In this document: positions 25,172-37,500 of the stretch, piece by piece
Numbering within the stretch: position 1 is the stretch's first letter
How the letters are laid out: each line of letters starts with the position of its first letter
NCBI GenBank assembly: GCA_001642005.1
Contig: LWCA01000058.1
Location: 1,527 to 65,526, forward strand
Source: Intoshia linei
Taxonomy: Eukaryota > Animalia > Orthonectida
Direction: 5' to 3'
Length of the DNA stretch: 64,000 nt
The notes under the pieces: model-generated
Told to the model about the DNA's origin: nothing
Databases searched by the model: none
Seen by the model: the letters and a program-made list of their open reading frames with translations, nothing else
Position numbers and translations under genes: made by a program

Positions 25172-28100
25172 ATGAAACATTTAGATGACAAAATGAAATT
25201 AATTTGCTTGGAAAAGGACGATATTCATTTGAAAAATGAAACTAATCAGATAGACTCGTTACCATTGATTTATTCTGATAAATATTCCACTCAGTCTGAG
25301 CCTTTATGTAATGAAATTGGTTAGTATTTTATATACAGTTGTGTTTATAAAATTTTTTTGTCCACAATATCAAAAATAATATATTTAACATTTTTAATAA
25401 TATCGGTTGCAGCGCCCTAAATTTTGAAAACTCTCAATGGGGCATGTTGATAACACTGCATTATTATACCATAATAATTATACCTTCTTAATTCCAAATT
25501 TTAGATGTAAAAAATAAAGATTTTGATTTTGAAAACTTTGAACCAATAAAAAAAGAATTTTTGGAAAATAAAGAATTGATTAATAAACTCAAAAAACAAA
25601 ATGAAAATTTAAGAAGATATTACACTGTAGAAAATACCAATCTGAGAAACAAAATTTCTGATCAAAATTATATTATTGATAAATTTAGTAATTTTTAAAA
25701 ATGATTTTAATTTCTATTTCAGGGATGGGAACCCAATTCATTCATGAGAGCACAAATATGATAATAATTCAACGAATTCATTATACTTAACTTTTATTAT
25801 GTTGGGTATATTTTTCGTATCCTGTCTTAGTAAAATGCAAACTACTTTTTGTGTTGATTGTTCGAATATAGATTTTTGAAAAATAATGGATTTATTTTTC
25901 CAAATAATTCATAATCGTCACTTACTCGTTGCTTTATTCATGCTTCCATTAGTTTTTTCACTAATTTTATATTTGTAAATAAATGATTTCATTTTATATT
26001 TCAATTTTAGATAGCCCCAACAATATATCTTCTTGTGAAAGCAAATCAGATGAGTAATATTAATCTACTTTTTTAATTTATAATATTGCCAAATTTTGCT
26101 TCTACTTCTATATTTTTAATTTCTTTATTACACTGGACACAAAAAATGACACTTTTTTTATCGATGAAACCATATTCATACCATGTGGTCATCTATATGG
26201 ATAAAATAATATTGCAAAATATTGAAACTTTTCATTCACGAGAATAAAAGTTATAGCCATTCGAAGATTTTGTTAGAAGCCAAAATACAGCATATTTATA
26301 ATAAAATAACATTGGATACAAGTTTATTTAATCTCCAGTATGCTATTATAATATATGCGCTAATTGTTTAATATTTATTTATTTTATAATTAATCCGTGA
26401 AGAATCTACTACAAATATAATTTAGTTAAATAATTTTGTCAATATTTAATGACATACATTAATATATATATATATATATTTTCAAAGGTGATCTGTATGA
26501 AATATACTCTATCAATTTTTATAATAGTCAAAATCTCATTTAACGAAAATGACAATGTGCTGCTGCACACATGTCTGAAATTTATCAAAATTATATATAA
26601 CATGAACAAATTATTAAACTTTTTATTATAATAATATTTTACATTGATAATTTATTATAATTTTAGATATATAAAAAGATTGCATGACTTCTTAAAAGAG
26701 ATGATCTAATATTTAAAGCCATAAACCATAAGAATATTTAAAAAAACTACTAAAAAAATAAAATAATATTGAATTTACGCGTTCGTTAATCAAAAATTTG
26801 TTAAATGAAATATTTGTTAAACAAAACATTCGTTAAATGAGATTTTGACTGTATTTCATCTTTCTATGTAAAATTATATGCTCTATCGTTTAGTCATAAT
26901 TAAAATCATTGATATCTGCCCACTGTTATCAATTTATTTTTAATAATATTAATTTTTAAGACGATCAAAATTTATGATGGTTTGGAAATGACTAAATTCA
27001 AAATGTTTTTGTCATTTTATCACAAATCCTAAAAAAATATAGGAACTGTATGATTAATTAATTAACATTTTAAATTTATTATTTAATATAAGTATAAATA
27101 CATAAATAAAAATTACTACAATTTCAATTTTTTCTTTTGATAGTAATGAAAATATTACCTGTACAAAAAATTGCGCCTTATTTTTTAATTTCATTTATTA
27201 CATTATTTTTCATTTTGTTTTTTTGTTGTATCGTCAACAATTTTTAATCAAGACGGCGCAATTTTTTTATATTTTAATAGGCAATTTGTTATCGTTAAAA
27301 TTTATTTAGCATTTTAGAAATTTTACATGTTAGTTTAGATTAATTAAAAAGGATAATGTATTTTCAAAAATGGCACGGAATATATTTAAATTAAAATCAG
27401 ATTTTCCTACACCTTCAAAGTTTAACGTATTTAAGCCTTCAAAATCTGATGACCAAGATTCAATTTCAGTATCCCAGTCACATGTAGAACTACCTCAAGT
27501 GGATGTACCGATGAATGAAAACATTTTTGTCAAAGACGTGGAAAGTATAATGAATCAAGTTAAACAAACATCTTTTATCTTGGAATATGTTGCTAACATT
27601 ATGAATGACATGTACGATTCTAAAGATGGAATAATTAGTGAATTGAGTAAAAAGAAGTTTGAAAATTTGAAAAAAGTTGTAAATAGTGTTATTGATTCAA
27701 ATTTAGAAATTTCAGTATTATTAGAAGGCAATGTAGACGTTTATCATCATATAGAGTATCTAATAACTCATTTACTGAGCTTACCATTATTTAGTGGTAA
27801 AATTGATTTTAGTGAAAAAGTTGAACCAAAAAAATTAAACTATGATTCGGATAGCAATGCAACCGACGATGCGTTTGAAAATGACACAAAACAGTCCATG
27901 AAGTGGTATCCTAGAGATTCTGAATCTGGCAGATTTACCGAACCGGTTCCAATATTGTCACATTCGTTTTCTAAATTAAAAAACTTATCTACAAATGAAA
28001 TTGAGGTTAAATTAAAACAACGTCAACTTGAAAACAAGGAATTGAACAAGGAATTAATATCACAAAAAAAGTACATTGATAATTTGGAAAAAATTGTCAA

Positions 28101-29142
28101 AACGCGTTCACATAATGTTGAAAAAATGTTACAAAATGTCGAATTAAAAGTAGAATGTTTGGAAGACAATTTTGCAAAAATGGATAAAAAAATTAAAGAA
28201 CAAATGACCAAGGAGGATAAAGCAATGAAAAATTTAAAAGAACGGTGTAATAATATAATGAATGTTGCCAATACTGAACACGAAAAATTACGGAGAATGA
28301 AAAGTATTAAGTCTGAACATGAAAAGGAATTGAATATAAAATTTGATAAATACTATAATATCAAACCCGATGAAATTTCGCAGGCTGATGTTAAAAATAT
28401 ACAAAGTTTGTTACATGATTATAGAGATTATGTGATTAGTTCTCATTTAGCATATGAAGATATGAATCAAGTAATTAAAGAAAATGATAAAATTTACCGA
28501 CAAAGTTTAAATAGTGAAAATGAAAAGTATAAAAAAATGAAAACTACATATGAACATGAACTGGAAAAACTTTCCCTTTCTGTCGGAGCCAACAATTCAA
28601 TTTGCTCAGAAATGGAACGTCAAACTTCAATTATTCACTCTCTCGAAGATTCTAAAATGTCTTTAAATAAGGAAATTAACACTCTAAAATCGAAGTATAG
28701 TAATAATATGGAATCTATGAAATCCGATATTAATGATAGAAAATCTGACAATACGTATCTTATTGACAAAAATTATCACCTCGAAAAACAAGTCATTTTG
28801 TTAAAGAATGAATTGAATGCTGGAGAAATTGTTCAAAAGGATTTTGTTAGATTATCGCAAAAATTACAAATTGATTTAGAATCTATTCGAAAAGAGAAAA
28901 ATACGCTTAGGTGGGAATTTGCTGAAGAAATTGACATGTGCAAAATGTGTAAAATTGGGTTAAATAAGAATAAAGATAAAAGAAATTGTTTACATTGTGG
29001 TAAAATTCACTGCTTCTCTTGCACTACTAAATTATTTCGACCATCCAACCTTCTCAAGAAAAAGCGTGTTTGTGATTTATGTTATACTTTACTCGAAAAT
29101 TCTACTCCACCTCATTATTTTGTATCTACTTCGAAAAAATAA
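25172..29142 (+). CDS. RABEP1: Rabaptin-5 (Rab GTPase-binding effector), coiled coil with C-terminal FYVE finger
   Basis: The 590-aa ORF contains ELNAGEIVQKDFVRLSQKLQIDLESIR (Rabaptin Rab5-binding signature) followed by an 8-Cys FYVE with RVC. Frame-compatible upstream exons lie at about 25172-25319, 25506-25687 and 26011-26053 and join at 27339. Confidence 0.82.
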
Positions 29143-29238
29143 GTTGTACAATTCATGTTGTACATTTGTAATAAATAGTAAATTTTCTAATATGGCATTA
29201 TCCTTCATTTTACTTACTAGGTTGACATAGATTAAAGT

Positions 29239-31539
29239 TTACAAAACCCAAGCTAAAACAAGAAAAAAAATTAATATTAGACAGCACACGAAATATTTCT
29301 TTACATTTGGAATAAAAAAGGAGTCAAAATGTCTTGCATATCTTTGAGAATTGTTATTTGTTTTAGAACCACGTGTAATATTATTTTGAGTCGTATTCGT
29401 ATGTTTATTTCCTGATTTCTGGGACATGATATAACCCAATTTATCAGAAAATGAAAATTGCTTTTCCACATCCATTTTTTCGTAACGTTGAATTTTTTAT
29501 GATGATTGATTTGAAAAACAATATTTTTGATAAAATTCTGTATTGTAAATTTTAAAATATCCAATTGGACCTTTTTTTGTTTAATAATACGGTAAAAATT
29601 GTTATACATCTTAATTTTGTCGTATTTACAAAAATCGTTATTTGGATTTTTATGGTAACCAACTTTACATGAAAAAAAATCTGGGCGACAGTGTCCAACA
29701 TTAGTTTGATTAGTTTTAATTTGATTTAATGTAGTGTAACATAGTTGAGATGTCCGAGAAGACTTTTTTTGAACATAAACCTTTAATCCAGTTTTTGTTA
29801 TATGGTAATTTTCCATATTTGATGAGCAATTATTAATAATATTATGGTGCAATGTATATATAATATCATGTGACACAATCCATATTTTTAAAATATTGTT
29901 GCTGGTATCTGCATATATACTAATCTCACCAAAAAATTTGGGACTGTTATTATTGGTTAAAATGAACCAACTTCTACATCCATCGAGAGACGTAAAGTAT
30001 GAGTATTTAATATTTGCTATAAGTATTGGTATTTTTCGATAATCAAAATTCTGAACTTCAATGATATTATTAAAATTTGTAACGTGCCAGTGAGTTGCAT
30101 CCAAATTGTATGCAACTGTGGTTCTGCTCGTCTGATTTTTGAGGGTATTGATCCAAATCAAGGCAAGTCCTAAATTAAATATTTTCCTTGATGATTCAAT
30201 GTACACGGCTTTATTGTCAATTTTAAATATATTAAATGATTCTCCATTATCGTAACTTATATAGCTGTCCCGTGATTTGAAACTTATAATCAAATACATC
30301 CAGTATTCAAAAACAGCATACGAAATGATGTAGTCACTGTCACTTTTTGGTATATTAATTTTTTTATATTTGGCAAAATTATCATCGCTCATATAAAATA
30401 TCACGTTGTTTTGACGTTTGTTTAAAAATTTCTTTATTATTTCAATCAACCCAAATAATCCAGATATTCTACTTGGAGTATACTAAAATTTAATACTTAC
30501 TCATCAAGGTAAATCATCAAGTAAATGTATATTTTTATGTAACAATTTATTTAAAAAACTTATAATCTTAAAATATTAATAAAGACAAAGTCTAAGACTA
30601 TTTTTTTCTTCCATTATTAAATTTATAATGCAGTTACACGCGTGGGGTAGAAAACTACCCCAGCTATTAAATTTGTATAGAAAGTAAGATTTAGTTATAC
30701 GTTTAGTATGTTACTACAAAAAACTGTCACGATGCAATAATTACTATCAAAAAAAATATTATTATTAATATTATACATTGTATTATTGGTAAAAATAACT
30801 CATAATAAATTATTAAATAATTTATTAATTAACAATCAATAATTAAGTCCTTCAAGATTAAAAGCCCAATTTATCTTTTTTAAACATACTATAAAATCAG
30901 TCCTAGAATTTTCAAAAACATACGTATTCCCGTCAAAAATAATATTAACTTTTAATCAGCCAATATTTTTAAAATTTTTGGATTAAAATTAAAAATTAAA
31001 TAGACGCATTGTAAATTAAAAAATTGGTCTTAAAATTAAAAAGTCTACGCTAGCTGCTGTTTATACAAAGTACACAACTGCCAAGATATTGTATTATAAA
31101 GTCTAAAAATTGTATGCATTTGAGTAATAAAAATAAAACAAACCAATATATCTAAGAAAAGTCGATTTCTCAGTTTCACTATTGATTGTATGTCAAATCT
31201 ATAATATTCCAAATTTTTTTTATCCTGAAGCATGATTATTTCAATATTTTTTGATGTTTGATAAATGTAATGTATACCGCTATAAGAAAAAATGAACACA
31301 TTTTTACCATAAACAATAAAACTGAACACATCAACATTTGACAATTTAGTAATAATTTGTGTATTTATGTTACATTTTGATAATTCATTGAAAGTTTGTA
31401 TGATAATATAGTTATCAATTACATGTATATTAAATATTATATCAGAAACATATTTAATGAAATAATTTTTTTGGTTCTCGATATAATATACATTTAACCA
31501 GTCTTTACATACTATGAATGTAATCATATGTTTACACAA
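29239..31539 (-). CDS. Highly divergent VPS10/sortilin-like receptor (possibly a pseudogene); 5' structure unresolved
   Basis: Asp-box motifs ISYDNGESF and TSLDGCRSW, a 10CC-like CRPDFFSCKVGYHK..FC segment, and a hydrophobic segment YFVCCLILIFFLVLAWVL. A candidate phase-0 intron 29570-29419 would join the two frames. Confidence 0.5.
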
Positions 31540-32239
31540 GATGTTTTGGGATGTATTAATTTTAATTGTTTCAAATTTACCCCTAAAAAAATCATTTAAA
31601 GGTGTATTAAAATATTGAAAATATATTATTAATGTAACTATTTCATCGTTTTTCTTTAAATAAATTGTTTTTACTGTGTCTAAAGTTTATTCAAGTGTAA
31701 ACTCGTAAAACTCATGTCGATCAATCAATTTTAAATATGGTTCTATGAATCGATTTTCGTATATTGATAAAAGTTTATGCGTGTAATCTGCTTAAAGTCC
31801 AAGTCTACCTCCAGCCATATAATTGATCGTAACATTTTCTCTTTTTAATTTTTTTATTACACCTTCAAATTTTGTTGAATATATTAGTATAGTGTTTATC
31901 AATATTATTAAGATGGTTTGTAATATTTTTAACATATTTTAATTTTTTAAAAGCAGTATTGTGTATAAATGTACATAATAACAAACTTAGTTCGTAATGA
32001 CTAATACTAATCACGCATTTTTCTATCAATGTAAGTAATTGTATCAATATTTATTATAGAATTTTGCTGGTACCAGTACCATCAATATAAAACTTTTTAA
32101 AAAACTACAACATTAGGGTATATAGTGAACTATAACCCAAAAACTATATATACAGTTTATTATAATAATTATCAACTCAAAATGAATTTCGTAAAAATAT
32201 AAATTTAAATTTTTAACAAAATGTTTTGGAAATAAGAAT

Positions 32240-33056
32240 TTGAGATTTAAAAATTGCGTAAAAATGAAAAAAATTCCGAAGAAATGAATTATATAAATTT
32301 TAACCCATATTTCTTTATTGGAAATGTGTAGACGTTCAATGCACATTTTTTTTGAATTGTAGATTTACATTTTCATTTTTGATTTTTACATACTATTAAA
32401 TTAACAGTTAATCGAAATACTTGAAAAATTTGGTTGATAATATATTAAAAATTATTTTTCACCGAAATGCGTAGATTTCTGGTGTTGAAATTTTGTATTT
32501 ATATCAACTGGAATAAGCTCTATCAGATTAATCTTTTTTTTAATTTTCGGACCGTTAATTATTTCACATTTTTTGTTTTAATAAAATATTTCAAAAAAAA
32601 AATATATGAATATTAAAATGCTTTTTTGACCGTGAAGTCGTCACTTATTCCAATGGAAATTTTTTGTGTGTGTTAACAGGATACAACTGTACCACCTGTA
32701 AATTTTTTGAAAATTTAGGGCTGTTTTCATTAAAAAAAGAAGGGTAATTTGTGGTTTGGGCCCTGAAGATATAATTTTTTTAAATTTAAATTTATGATAA
32801 TATTTATGATTTTAAAATCAGTATCAGAGTATATATTTTTTTAAATTCTTCGACTCGTTTGACTTTCAAAAAAAAGGACAATTGAGCTTTTTAACCCGTA
32901 AGATGTGAGTTTGGGAAATTGAAATATATTTTGCTAACACCCTGGAAAAAACTGTAATTGAAATGTAGACTTTATAAAATTCTAAGAATTATAGTTCTTG
33001 AAATAAACGGTAACACACATAAACAAATATTTCATATCATATTATATAAGTAAGGA
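32240..33056 (-). mobile_element. Non-autonomous Helitron family copy (3'-truncated)
   Basis: About 800 bp near-colinear with 50650-51409 and 62860-63827. 5' end is A|TCCTTACTT followed by the GT microsatellite. Confidence 0.75.
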
Positions 33057-34508
33057 TGTTCAGTGTACACTTAAAAATTCAGTTGCTATTTAGAAATAAA
33101 AATACTATAAAAATTGAGATTTAAAAAGCAAATAAAATAAAACTACTCAAAATATCAACTTGATTAAGTTAGTTAAAAATGTTTATCTGTTTGTCTATCT
33201 AATTTTATTTAGGAAAGTGTTAGAAGTCGAGTTTTAAAAATTGCATATTTCTATTACGATTTCTCGTGAGTTAGTTTTGATTTTATAGCAAATTTTACTT
33301 TCAGAAATTGAGTCCTTCAAGGCCAAAAACCGCAATTATCTTTTTTTTAAATTCAAACCAATCCTAGAATTATACACAAATATAAAAAATACACAATCTG
33401 ATAAAGAATTTAAAATTATCAATATAATTGTACTACTGAAAAAATGATCAAATAAAAGTAGTTAAAATATTTATACTAAATTCCAATAAATTCATGTTTT
33501 TTTTAAAAATTTTATAATTGTATAAAAATCATTAAAATATAATAACCAATATTATATTTTACTATTTTTTTAACTAGCATAATTAGTATCATGTTGTCTA
33601 TGTTATAGGGCTGATGACATATGCAAATTTTAGGAAAAATGGATGAATGAGAAAAAATTTTAATAAAACAGAAAAAAATAAAGACGCATGGATTTTTTGA
33701 ACAACAATGAAAAACATTTATATAATTCTGCGGCCAAATTAAAGGGGATCATTACCTATACATGTTTTTTTTACATTTCAAAAAACTCAAAAATGAAATA
33801 GACCTGATATTCTACTTTACTATATTACATAATTGGCCTAAGGTAAATAAATATAATTGATATACCAAAAAAATGTAAAAGGAATATTTTAAGCTCAATT
33901 TACAATTAAATACAATATTAAGTACTAAAAATGGTTTATTGGAATAGTTAACAAGATCAATGATACATACATCTGAAACCTATAAAATTAAATCATTAAA
34001 TAATGCTTATACCATTAAATTCGTTCTTCATTTAACACGTGCAATTAAAACGTGATAAAAAGACGAATTTGAGTCAAAATTTTATATTCTGAGCACAAAA
34101 CAAATGCCATAAAAATAATTAAAAACGAAAATTATTTATTGATAAAAAAGTTAAATCAGATTAATCAGTACATTATTGACATTTAGAGTGGATAATTTAA
34201 ATATGAAATGATTTACGTGACACGATTATATATTCAGTGATATTATAATATACATTTTGTAAATTTTAGGTTTCCAACACTTGGAAATACGTTGGAAAAT
34301 ATTGACCCAGATAACAGAAATTGAATTGATTATTGTGAGTAACACTATTCCCGCAATATTTATGCCAAATAGACTATAATTTAAAAAAATATTGAAATAT
34401 TCTATTGATATATTCAATTTTAATAGATTTGGCAGATGTTGTAATTAAAATCGGTATATTAGGATAAGTGTATCATTTTATGTACCATTTAAACAAATTT
34501 GGTTTATT

Positions 34509-37500
34509 ATGAAGTATTTAATTTATATTGGAAACTTGTTGGTCTTGCTCATTTTGGTAAGTTTTAATGTTCTTGTAATGTAATGTATCTTTATAATTTA
34601 GTTTGCAAGTATACAAATAATTAAAAGTGATTTTGCGAAAGAAATTTATGTAAATTCTAGTATTCTAAGTAGAGCGGGTCATTCAAGCGTCATTAATAAT
34701 GGTTTTATGTACATATACGGAGGTTACAATTCAAATCAACTGCTGCCCGATAATCAGCTATTTTTAAAGTAATTGCAAAAATTTTTAATTTGCTCTACAC
34801 TGACTTAATAATTTTATAATTGATCTAAATTAAGGTACAACATTGAAGAAAAATTATGGTTCAGTTTGCCTATTCCACAAAATTGTGCTTCCTGTCAATT
34901 GACATTCCATACTATGAATGTTTTAAAGGTAATTTAATTTTTTAACTTTACTCATGTCACTTGAGTCATGACTCACGAGTAGAGCCGTTTAAGCCACTTC
35001 GTGGCTTTGGGCTAAGCAAAGGGCCGGAGGCCCCTTAAAGTTTTGAACGAAGCGATAAAAAAAATTTAGGGCCTTTTTTTAGAAGACAGGGCGTACTGTT
35101 GGTTGGAGACTTGGGTCTTATTTCATTAAGTATTAATAAAATCATTAAAAGATTTTATGTAGGTTTCTAGTCTAGTCTAACTTTTATTACTATTTTACAA
35201 CTTGCCTAATTTCTTTTATGAATATTCACTTAATAGAAAGGTTTTAATGTTTAATATTATATGATGAACATTATAGAATATATTCTAAATTAAATAATTA
35301 CCAGAACTTTGATTCTTTAAACTATTTTTTTTCTAGCTATTTGAATTCCCACACTTTAAAACTTATAAACTGTTTCTTAAGATATACATGTAAAGTACTT
35401 TTATTAATTTGGGCTCCTTTTTTAATGAGTAGCCCTGGGCTACAGCCCATATTGCCCATGCCTTAAAACGGCTCTGCTCATGAGCAAGAGTGTTACCAGA
35501 AAAATTAAAATATTATTTGATTATTGTAAAATATATTATTGCAGAGTTGCCAGATGTTGAAATTTTATTCCAAGCCTAGATCATTTTAAAAATCCCACTT
35601 TTGATTCACTACAATTTTATTAATAAAATTTAATAATATTTACCAAAAAATCTTTTTCTAATTTTACAAAATCATTGTGAGAAAAAACTTTTTCATCCTA
35701 CCCTAAAAAAAATCCAATCTTACCAACCCTTAAGCCTTACGTTAAGGTAAAATCTTTTTTCCTACATTTGTTTGAATAGTTTTTGAAAACTAATTCTATA
35801 TCTATTAAAAAATTGATTAAAAACGTAATAAATTAACTGGTAATGAGTAAAAAAAGGAAATGGGCAAATGAGTTTTTGTTTATGATAGTCATTAAAAATA
35901 GATTATAGAGATTTATGATATAAAATTTTTATTAACGATTTTTTGGTTCATACAAATTAGTTAAAAAAAATAAATTCCGTTAACAAGGAATTTTTTCCGT
36001 TAAAATGGAATTTCCGTTAGTAAGAACGTAAACTACAACTAGTTTATTATTAATTAACTTATTTATTATTAAATATTTAAAACATGTTAATGGCTGTTTC
36101 CTATTAATAGTCAATTATAGAACGATTGGTTGGTTTTATTTGGCGGATTCAATGATTATCGAGCGAGCCATGTCATTTTGTACTATTATATACCTCTAAA
36201 CAAATGGGAACAATCAGAATCCTTTGACAGAATTGTTCCTGTAGCCGGACACACGAGTCATATTATCGGTTCTACTTTATACATTCTTTTTGGGTATAAC
36301 GATATTTATGGATACATGAACCTACTTCAAAAATGCAATTTGGAAAATAAGTTTTGTCAAGAAATTTCACCTCGAGGCATACCAATGCACGGATTATTTG
36401 GACATACTAGTGTGTATGATAATCAAACAGACTCAATATTCATCCATGGAGGATTAACTACCGCCTTTTATCCTAAAAAATCTTCTCCAAACATTTTCCA
36501 TAACTTTTATAATCAATTTAATATAAAATCTGGAATTCAACTTGTTAGCACTAATTTAATGTATCGACTGGACGTTTCTGATTTAAAATGGTAAATTTAT
36601 TTTTTTAATCCGTTAATGCTCGCGTTATTTTTAATAATATTCAAAAAAATTGTTAAAATTACCACTAAACCATGTTTTTCTCAAATACTTTGGCTTGCAG
36701 ATAGTCTAATTTAATTTAATAATTTTTTTTAAATCTCAGTCCCCATGAGACACTGTAAACCCCTGTTGGTGTCAAGCCAAATTTGGGAACCACTGCTCAA
36801 GTGAATAGAGACTAGTGAATGTATTTTATCTAACACTAAACAAGATTAACTTTATGGACTTAATTTAAAATTAATCTATAAATTAAAACCATCATATTAG
36901 ATAATTCATATTATTATATTTGATCTAGATTTTTATTTAAATGATGGTTATTTACATTCATTTGAATTCAAATTAATAAAATTATGTTTCCATTATTCTT
37001 AGTAAGTATTCATTAGTTAGATAAATAACTAATAGACTTTGTCTATCTGTTAGTCTGTTGTAGCCAGGGATTGGAAATAATTGATTGCAATCAATTATTT
37101 TTTATAAACCATATAATTGTTTGGTAAATATTAATTTTTCAATTAATTGGTTTTTTCATGTAACTGAAAAAATATAAATTAAATCCTTTTATTGACGAAT
37201 AGTTGGATGAAAAAATTAATGCGATTTTTTTGATGTTGTTCAAAATTTATATGAATAATTATACACTATAATTTATAATAATACAATGTTAAAATGTCAA
37301 GTTGACACTGTCAACACTCGTTGTAGTGTATCACAGTCCCACCATGCTTTATTTATTTTCAGAAACAATTTTATTTCCAAATTCGAAGAAAGAAATAAAA
37401 TAAGTAATATGAAAATATTTTCTAAATACTATTTTGCAAATAAAATATAATGCAACTAAAATATATTGTTATCAATCTTCAATTAATTGAAATTTTTTAT

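Noticed and set aside
32113-32346. Similar short ORFs at 32113-32346 and 62803-63060 (KEIWVKIYIIHFFG)
   Set aside because: Both lie in copies of the same non-coding Helitron-like repeat, so the similarity reflects the repeat and not a gene family.
33950-34200. Possible signal-peptide exon of the VPS10-like gene, head-to-head with attractin
   Set aside because: All frames contain stops and I could not link it to the downstream exons.
37329-37350. miR-2-like seed TATCACAG (and other seed-only matches elsewhere)
   Set aside because: Only the seed matches, it lies within a MITE, and there is no precursor hairpin.
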